The translations under genes and the position numbers were made by a program. DNA of 64,000 bases from Escherichia coli (GTDB lineage: Bacteria; Pseudomonadota; Gammaproteobacteria; Enterobacterales; Enterobacteriaceae), in NCBI RefSeq assembly GCF_016026235.1, contig NZ_CP065613.1; one strand, written 5' to 3'. Positions 1-13,404 of this stretch are shown in pieces. The number at the start of each line of letters is the position of its first letter. Within the stretch, counting starts at the first letter, position 1. A model generated the notes under the pieces. That model searched no databases and was not told the DNA's origin. It worked only from the letters and a program-made list of their open reading frames with translations.

Positions 1-1771
1 CAGAAAGCAGGGCGAGGTTGGCGCTCAGGCGGTTCAGGTGCTGATAGTAGCGTTTAGTGGCATCGCCGGTTGGCGTGCTGCTGGTTAAACCGCGCGTCAG
101 GCCCAGCCAGAAGCTGCGAACTTTGTTGCTACCGACGTGACCGATATGTTTGAACAACAGTTTATCGAACGCGTTGACGTCATTGTTCTTCGCCGCTTCC
201 ATCTCTTCCAGCACGTACGGATGGCAACGAATCGCTCCTTGTCCGAAGATCATCATGCTGCGGGTCAGAATGTTAGCCCCTTCAACGGTGATGGCAATCG
301 GTGCGCCCTGGTAAGCACGCGCCAGGAAGTTGCTTTGCCCGAGCATAATGCCTTTGCCACCAGTGATATCCATCGCATCAATAATCGACTGCTGCCCGCG
401 GTGGGTACAGTGATACTTAACGATAGCCGACAGCACGGCAGGTTTTTCGCCGAGCATAATGCCGTAGGTAATCAGCGATGCCGCAGCATCCATCACGTAG
501 GCATTACCGGCAATACGCGCCAGCGGCTCTTCAATCCCTTCCATCTTACCGATAGAGATTTTGAACTGACGGCGAATGTGAGCATACGCGCCCGTTGCCA
601 GCGCTACCGATTTCACGCCGCCGGTTGAGTTGGAAGGCAGGGTGATGCCGCGGCCTACCGAGAGGCACTCCACCAGCATCCGCCAGCCTTGCCCGGCCAT
701 TTTCGGCCCACCGATGATGTAATCGATCGGTACGAAGACATCTTTACCGCGCGTCGGTCCGTTCTGGAACGGTACGTTCAGCGGGAAGTGGCGACGACCA
801 ATTTCCACGCCCGGCGTGGTGGTCGGGATCAGCGCACAGGTAATACCTAAATCTTCTGCGCCACCCAGCAGCTTTTCCGGGTCGGAGAGTTTAAACGCCA
901 GCCCAAGCACAGTCGCAATCGGTGCCAGCGTAATATAGCGTTTGTTCCAGGTCAGACGCATCCCCAGCACCTGCTGGCCCTGCCATTCGCCCATGCAGAC
1001 AATCCCGGTGTCCGGAATCGCGCCCGCATCGGAACCCGCTTCCGGGCTTGTCAGTGCAAAGCAAGGGATCTCCTGACCACGCGCCAGACGCGGCAGATAG
1101 TGATCTTTCTGCTCGTCAGTGCCGTAATGTTGCAGCAGCTCGCCCGGGCCTAATGAGTTCGGCACGCCGACGGTAATCGCCAGGATCCCGCTCACGCCGG
1201 AGAGTTTTTGCAGCACGCGAGACTGGGCATAAGCTGAGAACTCCAGTCCGCCGTACTCTTTTTTGATAATCATCGCGAAGAAGCGATGCTCTTTAAGGTA
1301 CGCCCACAACTCCGGCGGCAGATCCGCCAGCTCATGAGTAATCTGGAAATCATTCGCCATCCGGCAGGCTTCTTCTACCGGGCCGTCGAGAAACGCTTGC
1401 TCTTCGGCGGTCAGGCGCGGCTGCGGATAGTTATGCAGCTTTTTCCAGTCCGGCTTGCCCTGGAACAAGTCGCCCTCCCACCAGGTGGTGCCCGCATCAA
1501 TCGCTTCTTTCTCAGTGCGCGACATCGGCGGCATCACCTTACGGAAACCGCGAAATACCGGCGCGGAAATCATCGACTTACGCATAGGCGCAAAGTTAAA
1601 TGGCACGAGGATAATGGCCAGAGGCACCAGTACCCACGCCGACCACAGACCAGCAACGCCGAGGGCGGCTGTCCAGGCGAGCAAAATCAGACTGCTGATA
1701 AATAAGCTCACGCGGTGATAGAACAACGCGCCGAGCAGGACAACCGTAGCGAGAATACTCAAAATCATCAT
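1..1771 (-). CDS. fadE: acyl-CoA dehydrogenase FadE, 5' portion only (C-terminal end lies beyond window start)
   Basis: Reverse-strand frame open from window edge to ATG at 1769-1771; N-terminus [24 protein letters not shown]... recognisable as FadE. Absent from ORF track because no stop falls inside the window. Confidence 0.9.
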   Translation of the reverse strand, partial: MMILSILATVVLLGALFYHRVSLFISSLILLAWTAALGVAGLWSAWVLVPLAIILVPFNFAPMRKSMISAPVFRGFRKVMPPMSRTEKEAIDAGTTWWEGDLFQGKPDWKKLHNYPQPRLTAEEQAFLDGPVEEACRMANDFQITHELADLPPELWAYLKEHRFFAMIIKKEYGGLEFSAYAQSRVLQKLSGVSGILAITVGVPNSLGPGELLQHYGTDEQKDHYLPRLARGQEIPCFALTSPEAGSDAGAIPDTGIVCMGEWQGQQVLGMRLTWNKRYITLAPIATVLGLAFKLSDPEKLLGGAEDLGITCALIPTTTPGVEIGRRHFPLNVPFQNGPTRGKDVFVPIDYIIGGPKMAGQGWRMLVECLSVGRGITLPSNSTGGVKSVALATGAYAHIRRQFKISIGKMEGIEEPLARIAGNAYVMDAAASLITYGIMLGEKPAVLSAIVKYHCTHRGQQSIIDAMDITGGKGIMLGQSNFLARAYQGAPIAITVEGANILTRSMMIFGQGAIRCHPYVLEEMEAAKNNDVNAFDKLLFKHIGHVGSNKVRSFWLGLTRGLTSSTPTGDATKRYYQHLNRLSANLALLS

Positions 1772-1791
1772 AACGAAAAGCCCCTTACTTG

Positions 1792-1808
1792 TAGGAGGTC
1801 TGACCACT
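1792..1808 (-). promoter_or_regulatory. candidate FadR operator upstream of fadE (TGGTCAGACC core)
   Basis: Near-palindromic GGTCTGACC about 20-40 nt upstream of the fadE start; resembles the FadR box core CTGGTNNGACC. Confidence 0.35.
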
Positions 1809-2010
1809 TGTGATGATATGGTTGTAGTGGATGTAAAAACATTTAGCAATGTGTTTACAATATAATTACAACAAAGCTCACATTGTTGCTGTTTTTATCC
1901 GCACTTCAGGTCAAAAAGTCCTGGTCATAGCACCTGCCCGTACTTCTCGCTTTTGGCGGTATCCGGTACACTGCATTTTGTCTATTACATTTATGCTGAA
2001 GGATATCCTC

Positions 2011-2589
2011 ATGTACCAGGATCTTATTCGTAACGAACTGAACGAAGCGGCGGAAACGCTGGCTAACTTTTTAAAAGATGACGCCAATATTCACGCCATT
2101 CAGCGCGCGGCGGTCCTGTTAGCAGACAGCTTTAAAGCCGGTGGCAAAGTGCTTTCCTGCGGCAACGGCGGTTCCCATTGCGACGCTATGCACTTTGCCG
2201 AAGAGTTGACCGGTCGCTACCGTGAAAACCGTCCGGGCTACCCGGCGATTGCTATTTCTGACGTTAGTCATATTTCCTGCGTCGGTAATGATTTCGGTTT
2301 CAATGATATTTTCTCCCGCTACGTTGAAGCGGTAGGTCGCGAAGGCGATGTACTGCTGGGGATCTCCACCTCCGGTAACTCTGCAAACGTGATCAAAGCG
2401 ATCGCAGCGGCGCGTGAGAAGGGGATGAAAGTGATCACCCTGACCGGTAAAGACGGCGGTAAAATGGCTGGCACGGCGGATATCGAAATTCGCGTTCCGC
2501 ACTTTGGTTATGCCGACCGCATTCAGGAGATTCACATTAAAGTGATCCATATCCTGATCCAGTTAATTGAAAAAGAGATGGTTAAGTAA
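2011..2589 (+). CDS. gmhA: D-sedoheptulose-7-phosphate isomerase (SIS domain)
   Basis: 192-aa product starting [20 protein letters not shown]; the ORF-track start at 1849 is an upstream in-frame extension. Confidence 0.9.
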
Positions 2590-2745
<156 letters not shown>

Positions 2746-2794
2746 ATCAATCTTCGCCGGGGGCCATGCGCTCCCGCTGTTGTGGAGGTTACCC

Positions 2795-3562
2795 ATGTGC
2801 GAATTGCTCGGGATGAGCGCCAACGTCCCTACCGATATCTGCTTTAGTTTCACCGGTCTGGTGCAGCGTGGTGGTGGAACCGGGCCACATAAAGATGGCT
2901 GGGGCATTACCTTTTACGAAGGTAAAGGCTGTCGCACATTTAAAGATCCACAACCCAGCTTTAATTCCCCCATCGCCAAACTTGTCCAGGACTACCCGAT
3001 AAAATCCTGTTCGGTGGTGGCTCATATTCGCCAGGCCAATCGGGGCGAGGTGGCGCTGGAAAATACTCACCCGTTTACCCGTGAGTTATGGGGGCGTAAC
3101 TGGACTTATGCCCATAACGGACAACTGACGGGCTACAAATCACTGGAAACCGGCAACTTCCGCCCGGTCGGTGAAACCGATAGCGAAAAAGCCTTCTGCT
3201 GGCTCCTGCATAAATTAACGCAGCGTTACCCGCGCACACCGGGCAACATGGCGGCAGTGTTTAAATATATCGCCTCACTGGCGGATGAACTGCGGCAGAA
3301 GGGCGTTTTCAACATGCTGCTTTCTGACGGGCGCTATGTGATGGCGTATTGCTCGACTAATTTACACTGGATCACCCGCCGCGCGCCGTTTGGCGTGGCA
3401 ACGCTGCTGGATCAGGATGTGGAAATCGACTTCAGCTCGCAGACCACACCGAATGATGTGGTCACGGTGATTGCAACACAGCCGCTGACGGGCAATGAAA
3501 CCTGGCAAAAGATTATGCCAGGCGAATGGCGCTTATTTTGCCTCGGGGAGCGTGTAGTTTGA
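2795..3562 (+). CDS. yafJ: class II glutamine amidotransferase-like protein
   Basis: Start ATG 2795 preceded by GGAGG at 2784-2788; product [19 protein letters not shown]... (N-terminal Cys nucleophile). Confidence 0.9.
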   Translation: MCELLGMSANVPTDICFSFTGLVQRGGGTGPHKDGWGITFYEGKGCRTFKDPQPSFNSPIAKLVQDYPIKSCSVVAHIRQANRGEVALENTHPFTRELWGRNWTYAHNGQLTGYKSLETGNFRPVGETDSEKAFCWLLHKLTQRYPRTPGNMAAVFKYIASLADELRQKGVFNMLLSDGRYVMAYCSTNLHWITRRAPFGVATLLDQDVEIDFSSQTTPNDVVTVIATQPLTGNETWQKIMPGEWRLFCLGERVV

Positions 3563-4273
3563 TGCCAGTTGTGGCTGCACAACTTCGTGGCTTAACGGCT
3601 TGCTGACCACGTAACGACCATTGACCACAGAAACGGTCGGTGGCTTACGGGTTTGCTCAAAGTAGTCGTAACCCAGCTTCAGTTGCTCCCAGAAGTCCTT
3701 AAAGTTGGAATATTTATGGCGCTTCATATTGGCGTCGGTCATGCGGAACGGGTAAATACTCACTTGCACGCTCGGCTGACCAAACACCAGCGCACCAGTA
3801 ACGAACTGGAAGATCTCATCAATACCCTGATTGGTCATTGCGTAGCAGCCGATGGAAACACAATCGCCGTGGATCATCAGGTATTTCCCTTCATAACCAT
3901 GCGCACGGTCATAGGCATTGGGGAAACCAATATTAATCGCTTTGTAGTAACGGCTGTCTGGTTTTAACTGATTACGCTGGACGCTATAAAACCCTTCCGG
4001 GCTTTTGAAATCGCCCTGACGCTGTTTTGGCCCTAAGCCGCCGGAATATTTACAGATTTTATAACTGTCGAGCAGCTGATATTGCTCGCCCATTTTGACG
4101 TAGAGATCGAGCGTACGTTCTTCCTTGAAGATCTGGATGTAGACAGGGGATCCCATCAACTGCTGCTTATACTCTTTGCTCACTGGCGTGGTCGAGCTAC
4201 TGCTGCCCAGCAAACCGGCAAACGAAACGCACGGGATCAACAACATCGCAAGAATTAATGCGATTTTACGCAT
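3533..4273 (-). CDS. yafK: L,D-transpeptidase family periplasmic protein
   Basis: 246-aa ORF with signal peptide [19 protein letters not shown] and YkuD-like catalytic region (HGDCVSIGC). Confidence 0.9.
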   Translation of the reverse strand: MRKIALILAMLLIPCVSFAGLLGSSSSTTPVSKEYKQQLMGSPVYIQIFKEERTLDLYVKMGEQYQLLDSYKICKYSGGLGPKQRQGDFKSPEGFYSVQRNQLKPDSRYYKAINIGFPNAYDRAHGYEGKYLMIHGDCVSIGCYAMTNQGIDEIFQFVTGALVFGQPSVQVSIYPFRMTDANMKRHKYSNFKDFWEQLKLGYDYFEQTRKPPTVSVVNGRYVVSKPLSHEVVQPQLASNYTLPEAK

Positions 4274-4428
4274 ACTGCTTATTCCTTGATAAAACGGTTA
4301 CACACGCCAGGACGGCAAAATAGATCCCAAATCGGAATAGTCTGGATTTGGAAGGCTCACATTATCACCAAAAGAGTTTTACGCAAGCCTGTCGGCGCAG
4401 GGTTTACAAATTTCATCGGCAGCGTGCT

Positions 4429-4707
4429 TTACCCAAAGAGCGCCGCGTGAGTTCCAGTTCTCTCAAATCGTAAAAGTTTATCGGTAAGTTTGTAAATCAG
4501 GATCCAGTCCGGTTCGACATGAGCATCGCGATAACCTTTCCATGAACCTTGCAGCGGGTGGTCTTTATAAACAGCTGGAAGCGGTAAAGCATTATTGATA
4601 AGAAGCGTCATAAGATATTTCAATTTATTCATATACTTATGACGCTTTTGTGCAAGTTTTACATCCTTTGAAAATTGTCCCGAGTATTCAATATCCCTTT
4701 GAATCAT
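4429..4707 (-). CDS. yafQ: type II toxin YafQ (RelE/ParE-fold mRNA interferase)
   Basis: 92-aa ORF MIQRDIEYSGQFSKDVKLAQKRHK... immediately downstream of dinJ. Confidence 0.9.
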   Translation of the reverse strand: MIQRDIEYSGQFSKDVKLAQKRHKYMNKLKYLMTLLINNALPLPAVYKDHPLQGSWKGYRDAHVEPDWILIYKLTDKLLRFERTGTHAALFG

Positions 4708-4709
4708 AT

Positions 4710-4970
4710 TTAAATTCCTAATTTATCAAATAAATCATCGGCGTCTTTGGCCTTATGAACATCAACGCCAGCTTCGCTGTTTTTGATTGATTGAATGGTT
4801 AATTGATTAGGCTCGCGTAAATCAAACGGCAATGCCTTTTCACGCGCGACCTTTGTGAGGGTTATGCGAACCAGGTCAGAGATGGTCAGCCCCATCCCGG
4901 CCAGTACGTCCGCCGCCTGATTCTTCAGATCTTCATCGATTCGGGCACGAACAAACGCGTTAGCAGCCAT
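4710..4970 (-). CDS. dinJ: antitoxin DinJ
   Basis: 86-aa ORF MAANAFVRARIDEDLKNQAADVLAGMGLTISDL...; 2-nt gap to yafQ. Confidence 0.9.
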   Translation of the reverse strand: MAANAFVRARIDEDLKNQAADVLAGMGLTISDLVRITLTKVAREKALPFDLREPNQLTIQSIKNSEAGVDVHKAKDADDLFDKLGI

Positions 4971-4986
4971 TGGGGTATCTCCTGTG

Positions 4987-5002
4987 CTGTATATTTATTC
5001 AG
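4987..5002. promoter_or_regulatory. LexA box upstream of dinJ (CTGTATATTTATTCAG)
   Basis: CTG-N10-CAG SOS-box-like palindrome 17 nt upstream of the dinJ start. Confidence 0.5.
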
Positions 5003-5179
5003 CTTGAATTGTAGCTCAAATGAGCAACAGCGGCAATTCATGAGCAATTCAATAAACTGATGTATTTACATAATTCACTGAAATATATATGTTAATTTTA
5101 TAATAATGGTTTATTAAGTTTGTTCAGAAACGATCTGGGATACACTGCAACATTAAAGCATGACCAGCCATTATTGAGT

Positions 5180-5929
5180 ATGTCCTTGCCGTCGATTCCA
5201 TCCTTTGTATTGTCGGGATTACTGTTGATTTGTTTGCCGTTTTCTTCATTTGCCAGCGCCACCACATCACATATCTCTTTCAGCTACGCCGCCCGCCAGC
5301 GGATGCAAAACCGTGCGCGTTTATTAAAACAGTACCAAACCCATCTGAAAAAGCAGGCCAGCTATATTGTGGAAGGCAATGCCGAAAGCAGAAGGGCGCT
5401 GCGCCAGCACAACCGCGAACAGATAAAACAGCATCCAGAATGGTTTCCTGCGCCGCTCAAGGCGAGTGACAGACGCTGGCAGGCGCTGGCGGAAAACAAC
5501 CACTTTTTAAGCAGCGATCACCTGCATAACATCACCGAAGTGGCGATTCACCGCCTGGAGCAGCAGCTTGGCAAGCCTTACGTCTGGGGCGGCACGCGGC
5601 CTGATAAAGGCTTCGACTGTAGCGGGTTGGTTTTTTATGCCTACAACAAGATCCTCGAGGCGAAGCTCCCGCGCACGGCCAATGAGATGTATCACTACCG
5701 CCGGGCAACGATTGTGGCGAATAACGACCTGCGCCGGGGAGATTTGCTGTTTTTCCATATTCACAGTCGTGAGATTGCCGACCATATGGGGGTGTATCTG
5801 GGCGACGGTCAGTTTATTGAGTCACCGCGCACCGGGGAAACCATTCGGGTAAGTCGGTTAGCTGAACCTTTCTGGCAGGATCACTTTTTAGGCGCGCGGC
5901 GGATTTTGACGGAGGAGACGATTTTGTAG
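5180..5929 (+). CDS. yafL: NlpC/P60-family lipoprotein/peptidase
   Basis: Start at MSLPSIPSFVLSGLLLICLPFSSFA (signal peptide); NlpC/P60 Cys motif region GFDCSGLVFYAY and a His further downstream. Confidence 0.85.
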   Translation: MSLPSIPSFVLSGLLLICLPFSSFASATTSHISFSYAARQRMQNRARLLKQYQTHLKKQASYIVEGNAESRRALRQHNREQIKQHPEWFPAPLKASDRRWQALAENNHFLSSDHLHNITEVAIHRLEQQLGKPYVWGGTRPDKGFDCSGLVFYAYNKILEAKLPRTANEMYHYRRATIVANNDLRRGDLLFFHIHSREIADHMGVYLGDGQFIESPRTGETIRVSRLAEPFWQDHFLGARRILTEETIL

Positions 5930-6013
5930 GACGGATAAGGCGTTTACGCCGCATCCGGCAGTTGTGCACGGATGCCTGATGCGACGCTGACGCGTCTTAT
6001 CATGCCTACAAAT
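5927..6013. repeat. REP/BIME element
   Basis: Same REP consensus pair as at 2590-2745. Confidence 0.85.
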
Positions 6014-6104
6014 TTGTGCGTTTTTGCGAGCCGCTTTCCCGTTATTCCATCACCTCATTGCCGACCTTTCCTTTTCTTCTTACCGTTGAGAAAAAGGAGT
6101 CGCC

Positions 6105-6602
6105 ATGTCTGAATATCGTCGGTATTACATCAAAGGGGGAACCTGGTTTTTCACGGTTAACCTACGAAATCGTCGAAGCCACCTTCTGACCGCTCAGTTC
6201 CAGATGCTCCGTAACGCCATTATTAACGTTAAGCGAGACAGACCTTTTGAAATTAACGCCTGGGTCGTTTTGCCGGAGCATATGCATTGCATATGGACAT
6301 TACCCGAAAGCGATGATGATTTTTCCTCGCGCTGGCGGGAGATTAAAAAGCAGTTCACCCATGCTTGCGGATTGAATAATATCTGGCAACCGCGTTTTTG
6401 GGAGCATGCCATTCGCAATACCACAGATTACCGACATCATGTTGATTATATTTATATAAATCCAGTGAAACATGGCTGGGTAAAGCAGGTGAGAGATTGG
6501 CCATTCTCAACGTTCCATCGCGATGTGGCGCGAGGGTTATATCCCATTGATTGGGCGGGAGACATAACGGATTTAAATGCTGGCGAGCGTATTATTTTAT
6601 AA
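6105..6602 (+). CDS. rayT: REP-associated tyrosine transposase (RayT/TnpA-REP, HUH family)
   Basis: 165-aa ORF MSEYRRYYIKGGTWFFTVNL... with HxH motif region (LPEHMHCIW); flanked by REP clusters on both sides. Confidence 0.85.
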   Translation: MSEYRRYYIKGGTWFFTVNLRNRRSHLLTAQFQMLRNAIINVKRDRPFEINAWVVLPEHMHCIWTLPESDDDFSSRWREIKKQFTHACGLNNIWQPRFWEHAIRNTTDYRHHVDYIYINPVKHGWVKQVRDWPFSTFHRDVARGLYPIDWAGDITDLNAGERIIL

Positions 6603-6776
<174 letters not shown>

Positions 6777-6787
6777 ATGCCGAATAC

Positions 6788-8864
<2,077 letters not shown>

Positions 8865-8881
<17 letters not shown>

Positions 8882-10004
8882 CCAGTTTAAGCACCTCTTT
8901 GGGAATGGAAATATGTCTGTTCAGGGCCGGGCGCGGCTGTGCGCCCTCGCGCCAGTGTTTCATTTGCAGGACGTAGGTCAGAACGTGGGCGATGGCCCGG
9001 TAAAGCTGAAACGGAATTTGCTGGTTCACCTGGGTGGTGTAGTAAACCGAGCGCGCCAGCCGCGGGAACTCGACCACTTCCACCTGATTCTCAGCGGCGA
9101 CCTGGCGAATATAGAGGGCGATTTCATCGGTGCCCTTCGCCACCACAAACGGCGCGGCGGCGCGCGACTGGTCATACTGCAACGCCACGGCGTAGTGGGT
9201 CGGGTTGGTGATCACCACGTTGGCTTTCGGCACCACTTTGCGAATTTGCCCCATCGCCAGTTGCCGTTGCAGCCGCCGCACGCGCGCCTTCACTTCCGGC
9301 TTGCCTTCCTGATTTTTGTACTCTTCTTTCAGCTCCTGTTTGGTCATCTTCAGCCCTTTGGTGAACAGGGCTTTCGCCAGCGGCACGTCGAGAAGCGCAA
9401 AGAAGATAAACAGGATGACAAAGTTGCGCATCACGCTGGCGTAGAGCGACAAACCCTCATTCATCGCCAGTTTGAAGGGGAGCGCCTGCAGGCCGAGAAA
9501 GGAGGCAAAGTTATTGCGCAGGCTTACCCACAGCATCACCAGCACCACCACCGACTTCACCGTCATCTTTCCCGTTTCCGCCAGATGCTCACTGGAAAAC
9601 AGCCGCCCAATGCCTTTTAACGGACTGATTTTGCTGAAGTCCGGGAGGATTTTTTTCGGTAAAAACAGCCAGCCGCCGGGCACCAGCGAAGAGAGCAGCG
9701 CGGCGGCGGGCATCGGCAGCAAGGTGAGAATAAACTTGCCGAGAATTAACAGGTGATGGCGCAGAAACTGGCCGATCACTTGCGGGTTATTAATCTCCTG
9801 CGCGTACTGATGCACGCTGATAAAACTCTCGCGTACAAAATCGGCATACCACGGGAAGCTGCTGGAGATCACCACAAACGCCGCAAACAGGCTCGCCGCC
9901 AGCCCCATATCCTTCGAGCGCGGCAGTTGCCCCTCTTCACGCGCTTTACGCAGCTTTTGCGCCGAGGGTTTCTCTGTTTTTTCTTCGCTGCTGCTATCCG
10001 CCAT
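8865..10004 (-). CDS. lfhB: lateral flagellar export protein, FlhB family
   Basis: 379-aa ORF MADSSSEEKTEKPSAQKLRKAREEGQ...; NPTH autocleavage motif present (VVITNPTHYAVAL). Confidence 0.9.
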
Positions 10005-10776
10005 AGTGACCTTTCAGCGCGTCGAGCTGCTGCAACACAAAATTCGCCAGATGCAGGTAGTGATCCGGCAGGTTGTAGAGCAAGGTGGCGAAGCAAACCA
10101 GCCCCGCCAGCATGTTGATGGGAAAGCCCAGTGAAAAGAGATTCAGCGGCGGCGCAATGCGGTTGAGCAGGCCAAAGCAGCCCTGCACAATCAGCATGAT
10201 AAAGGTGGTCGGCAGCGCCAGCAGCGATGCGGACGCCAGCACCCAGCTAAAGGCCAGCGCGATGGTGCGCAGGGTTTGTGGATGCAGCGCGTTGCCAATC
10301 GGCCAGTAGGTGAAACCTTTGTACAACACGCTTACCAGCAGCAGATGTCCGTCCATGGCAAAAAACAGCAGGATCGCGTAAACGTTAATAAGCTCCGCCA
10401 GCACGGTGGTCGATGCGCCGCTGCTTGGGTCGTTCATCACCGCCATGCTCATCCCCATATTGAACGAGAGAATTTGCCCGGCGAGTTGTAGCGCCAGAAA
10501 CAGAAACTGGAACATCAGCCCGAATAACATGCCCCATAAAATTTGCTCCACCGTCAGGATCAGACTGTTGAGCGATAACAGATCGTGGGGAATGGGATGG
10601 GGGATCAACGGCGTGATGATGATTGCCAGCGCCAGCGACAGAATAATCCGCACGCGCACGGTCAGGGCGCTGTTATCCAGCACCGGCACATAGCGCAGAA
10701 ACGCCATAATGCGCACGAAGGGAAACCACAGCCCCAGCGCCAGATCCGTCAGTTGCGTAACGTCGCTTGTGCGCAT
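9994..10776 (-). CDS. lfiR: lateral flagellar export protein, FliR family
   Basis: Polytopic membrane protein; start chosen at MRTSDVTQLTD... abutting the lfiQ stop (ORF-track start at 10827 is an upstream extension). Confidence 0.8.
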   Translation of the reverse strand: MRTSDVTQLTDLALGLWFPFVRIMAFLRYVPVLDNSALTVRVRIILSLALAIIITPLIPHPIPHDLLSLNSLILTVEQILWGMLFGLMFQFLFLALQLAGQILSFNMGMSMAVMNDPSSGASTTVLAELINVYAILLFFAMDGHLLLVSVLYKGFTYWPIGNALHPQTLRTIALAFSWVLASASLLALPTTFIMLIVQGCFGLLNRIAPPLNLFSLGFPINMLAGLVCFATLLYNLPDHYLHLANFVLQQLDALKGHYGG

Positions 10777-10777
10777 C

Positions 10778-11050
10778 TTAATGAACCAGCAGAGCGGCTT
10801 GGGTAAACAGATGAATGCACAGATCATGCAACTGGATAATCATCCATTTGCCGCACACGCCCAGCACCACCAGCGTGACAATCAGCCTCGGCAAAAAGCT
10901 CAGGGTCTGTTCGTTAATCTGCGTCACCGCCTGGAACACGCTCACCAGCAGGCCAACCAGCAGGCTTGGCACCACCAGTACCGAAACCAGCAAAATCACT
11001 ACTTTTATGCCGCTGGCGACAATGTCGGCGGCAACGTCTACGGTCAACAT
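10778..11050 (-). CDS. lfiQ: lateral flagellar export protein, FliQ family
   Basis: 90-aa two-TM protein MLTVDVAADIVASGIKVVILL... Confidence 0.85.
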   Translation of the reverse strand: MLTVDVAADIVASGIKVVILLVSVLVVPSLLVGLLVSVFQAVTQINEQTLSFLPRLIVTLVVLGVCGKWMIIQLHDLCIHLFTQAALLVH

Positions 11051-11052
11051 AA

Positions 11053-11805
11053 TCAGCCCAGCCCCAGCCCGCGAATGCTGGTGGTGAGCGTGCCGATGGT
11101 CAGCGACCAGCCGTCGATCAGCACAAACAGCATCAGCTTAAAGGGCAGCGAAACAATCAGCGGCGACAGCATCATCATCCCCATCGCCATCAATACGCTT
11201 GCGACAATCAGGTCGATAACCAGAAACGGGATGTAAATCATAAAGCCAATCTGGAAGGCCGTTTTCAGCTCGCTCAACACATAGGCAGGCACCACAATCG
11301 TGAGATCCTGGTCGGCGGCATTGCCCTTCGCGCCTCCGATGGTCATGATTTGCGCCATCGCTTTTTTGTCTGTCTGCGCCAGCATAAAGCGTTTGAGTGG
11401 CGTCGCGGCGGTGCTTAACGCATCGGTCAGGGTAATCTGATCGTTTTCGAACGGTACCACCGCGTGGTCGTAAATATTGAGCCAGATAGGGCGCATCACC
11501 AGCATGGTGAGGGAGAGCGCAATGCCAATCAGAATGCGATTCGGCGGCGTTTGTTGCAGCCCCAGCGCCTGGCGCAGCAGCGACAGCACGATAATAAAGC
11601 GCGTAAAGCAGGTCATCATCAGCACCATCGTCGGCAGCAAACCGACGAGGGTCATCAGAATCAGTACCTGAATTTTGACGCTGTACTCCTGGGTGTTGCC
11701 GTGGGTGACCACGTTAAGTAGCGCAATATCGCCGCCCTGGGCCAACGCCAGCGGGGCGAGCGCCAGCAGCCCAAGGCCCAGCGTCAGTTGAGTGCGGCGT
11801 TTCAT
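11053..11805 (-). CDS. lfiP: lateral flagellar export protein, FliP family
   Basis: 250-aa ORF with signal peptide and FliP-like membrane core. Confidence 0.9.
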   Translation of the reverse strand: MKRRTQLTLGLGLLALAPLALAQGGDIALLNVVTHGNTQEYSVKIQVLILMTLVGLLPTMVLMMTCFTRFIIVLSLLRQALGLQQTPPNRILIGIALSLTMLVMRPIWLNIYDHAVVPFENDQITLTDALSTAATPLKRFMLAQTDKKAMAQIMTIGGAKGNAADQDLTIVVPAYVLSELKTAFQIGFMIYIPFLVIDLIVASVLMAMGMMMLSPLIVSLPFKLMLFVLIDGWSLTIGTLTTSIRGLGLG

Positions 11806-12173
11806 GGCGCCAGGTCGTTGATATCGCGGGTGTTAAACTCCAGCACGCGCAGGCCGTACTTCTCGTTGACCACCACCACTTCCGCTTTGCCCAGCAGGAT
11901 ATTGTTCACTTTAATATCCAGCGGCTCCCCGGCGAGTTTATCCAGCTCAATCACCGTGTCGTCGTCGATATTAAGGAGGTCGGCTAACATGATTTCCACC
12001 GACGACACTTCCAGCGTTAAGGTCACCGGAATGCGTTTCAGCAGCGTCATCGAGTCGGAAAAACGGTCTTCCAGGCGGGTGACCAGCGTTTCAGCGTCGG
12101 CGGATTTTGCGACAGGCGCAACTTCATCGGTGAGGCCAAAATCCCCGGCTAAAATATCTTCTTGCTTACTCAT
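11802..12173 (-). CDS. lfiN: lateral flagellar switch protein, FliN family
   Basis: C-terminal SpoA/FliN domain (LAGEPLDIKVNNILLGKAEVVVVNEKYGLRV); start taken at MSKQEDIL (ATG 12171-12173); ATG at 12183-12185 is an alternative. Confidence 0.75.
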   Translation of the reverse strand: MSKQEDILAGDFGLTDEVAPVAKSADAETLVTRLEDRFSDSMTLLKRIPVTLTLEVSSVEIMLADLLNIDDDTVIELDKLAGEPLDIKVNNILLGKAEVVVVNEKYGLRVLEFNTRDINDLAP

Positions 12174-13017
12174 GGCTATTCTCATTTTTGCCCGCCAGCT
12201 CCGACAAAAACAGTTTGTCTTTGTCTTCCACAATCAGAGCGCTAAATAATTCAGATTGCCCAATCGCCACCGGGAACGTTTCTCCCAGTGATATGGGTAA
12301 AATATCCCCGGCTTTTATCTGCGTGAGATCCGCGACATTCATCGATAGCTCGGCGATTTTGACGTTCAGGGTCAGCGGCAGGGAGCGGATGATCTCTTTA
12401 ATCAGGGCCGGTTTATTAACGGATTTCGCCACCTGCTGCGGTTTACTGTGCTCGCTGTGGCGGATCAGATTTAAAATAAAATCGGTGTGGGCGTCGTCGA
12501 GCAAAATACGAAAACTGCTCTCTTCATCGCCCGCAAGGGTAAAGGTTAATTGATACGCCCAGTGGGTAATTACCGTGCTGCTGTCCAGCTTTAATTTCAG
12601 CGCAATACCGGATGTTTGCAGATTAAATATCAGCGTGCAGATATCCAGCGCCAGACGGTTTTTTAATCGTGTTTCAGTTTTGGTCGGCAGGACGTTATGC
12701 GCTTTAGCCTCTTCCAGAGACGACTCCAGACCATAAAAATTGCCCAGCAGCATTAACAGCAAGGAGCGATCGATATTAAACGCCAGATGCCCGACCTGGG
12801 AAACCATCAGTTCAGCGTTTTTATTAATAATATCCATTTCGCAGCCAATCTTTTTTAAGGTGATATTGCTGCGATGCTTTTTGAGAAAGTAGCTGCCCAG
12901 ATGCGAATCAATCACGTCAAAATTCCCTGTAAACAGGGTCGGCAGGCGATGGTAGGGGCGTCCGAGCCGATTACCTTCTAATTTAAAGATGCCTGGCGTT
13001 TTACTGTACTTCAGCAT
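12166..13017 (-). CDS. lfiM: lateral flagellar switch protein, FliM family
   Basis: 283-aa ORF heading the lfiMNPQR-lfhBA gene string; C-terminal FliN-like domain. Confidence 0.8.
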   Translation of the reverse strand: MLKYSKTPGIFKLEGNRLGRPYHRLPTLFTGNFDVIDSHLGSYFLKKHRSNITLKKIGCEMDIINKNAELMVSQVGHLAFNIDRSLLLMLLGNFYGLESSLEEAKAHNVLPTKTETRLKNRLALDICTLIFNLQTSGIALKLKLDSSTVITHWAYQLTFTLAGDEESSFRILLDDAHTDFILNLIRHSEHSKPQQVAKSVNKPALIKEIIRSLPLTLNVKIAELSMNVADLTQIKAGDILPISLGETFPVAIGQSELFSALIVEDKDKLFLSELAGKNENSHE

Positions 13018-13196
13018 GGCTTACTTTCTCTGCTGTAATGGTATGGGCGATTTTGTGCACGCAAATCCGGCAGTGACACAAGGTGAGGTATTAAATAGAG
13101 AGGGCGTGAAAGGGGCAAATTATTAATAGGGTGAAAAAATAATTAAATTATTAAAGGGTGAGATATCGGGCATCGTCATAACACATTGCACGAACT

Positions 13197-13285
<89 letters not shown>

Positions 13286-13404
13286 TAACTCATTGTTTAC
13301 CATCAAATAATATTTTTATTATCGTTTAATTCGAACTTGTTAATCCCGCCGGTGATACGCTTCACAATATCCTGTTTTCTGTCGCTACTTATATCGTTCA
13401 CCCT

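Noticed and set aside
137-1718. Plus-strand ORFs 137-628, 1286-1705 and 1455-1718
   Set aside because: They lie antisense within the fadE coding region, whose minus-strand frame is continuous and recognisable.
1849-2010. Upstream extension of gmhA from the ORF-track start
   Set aside because: The conserved protein begins at [10 protein letters not shown] (ATG 2011); the extension encodes an unconserved hydrophobic stretch and would overlap the fadE promoter region.
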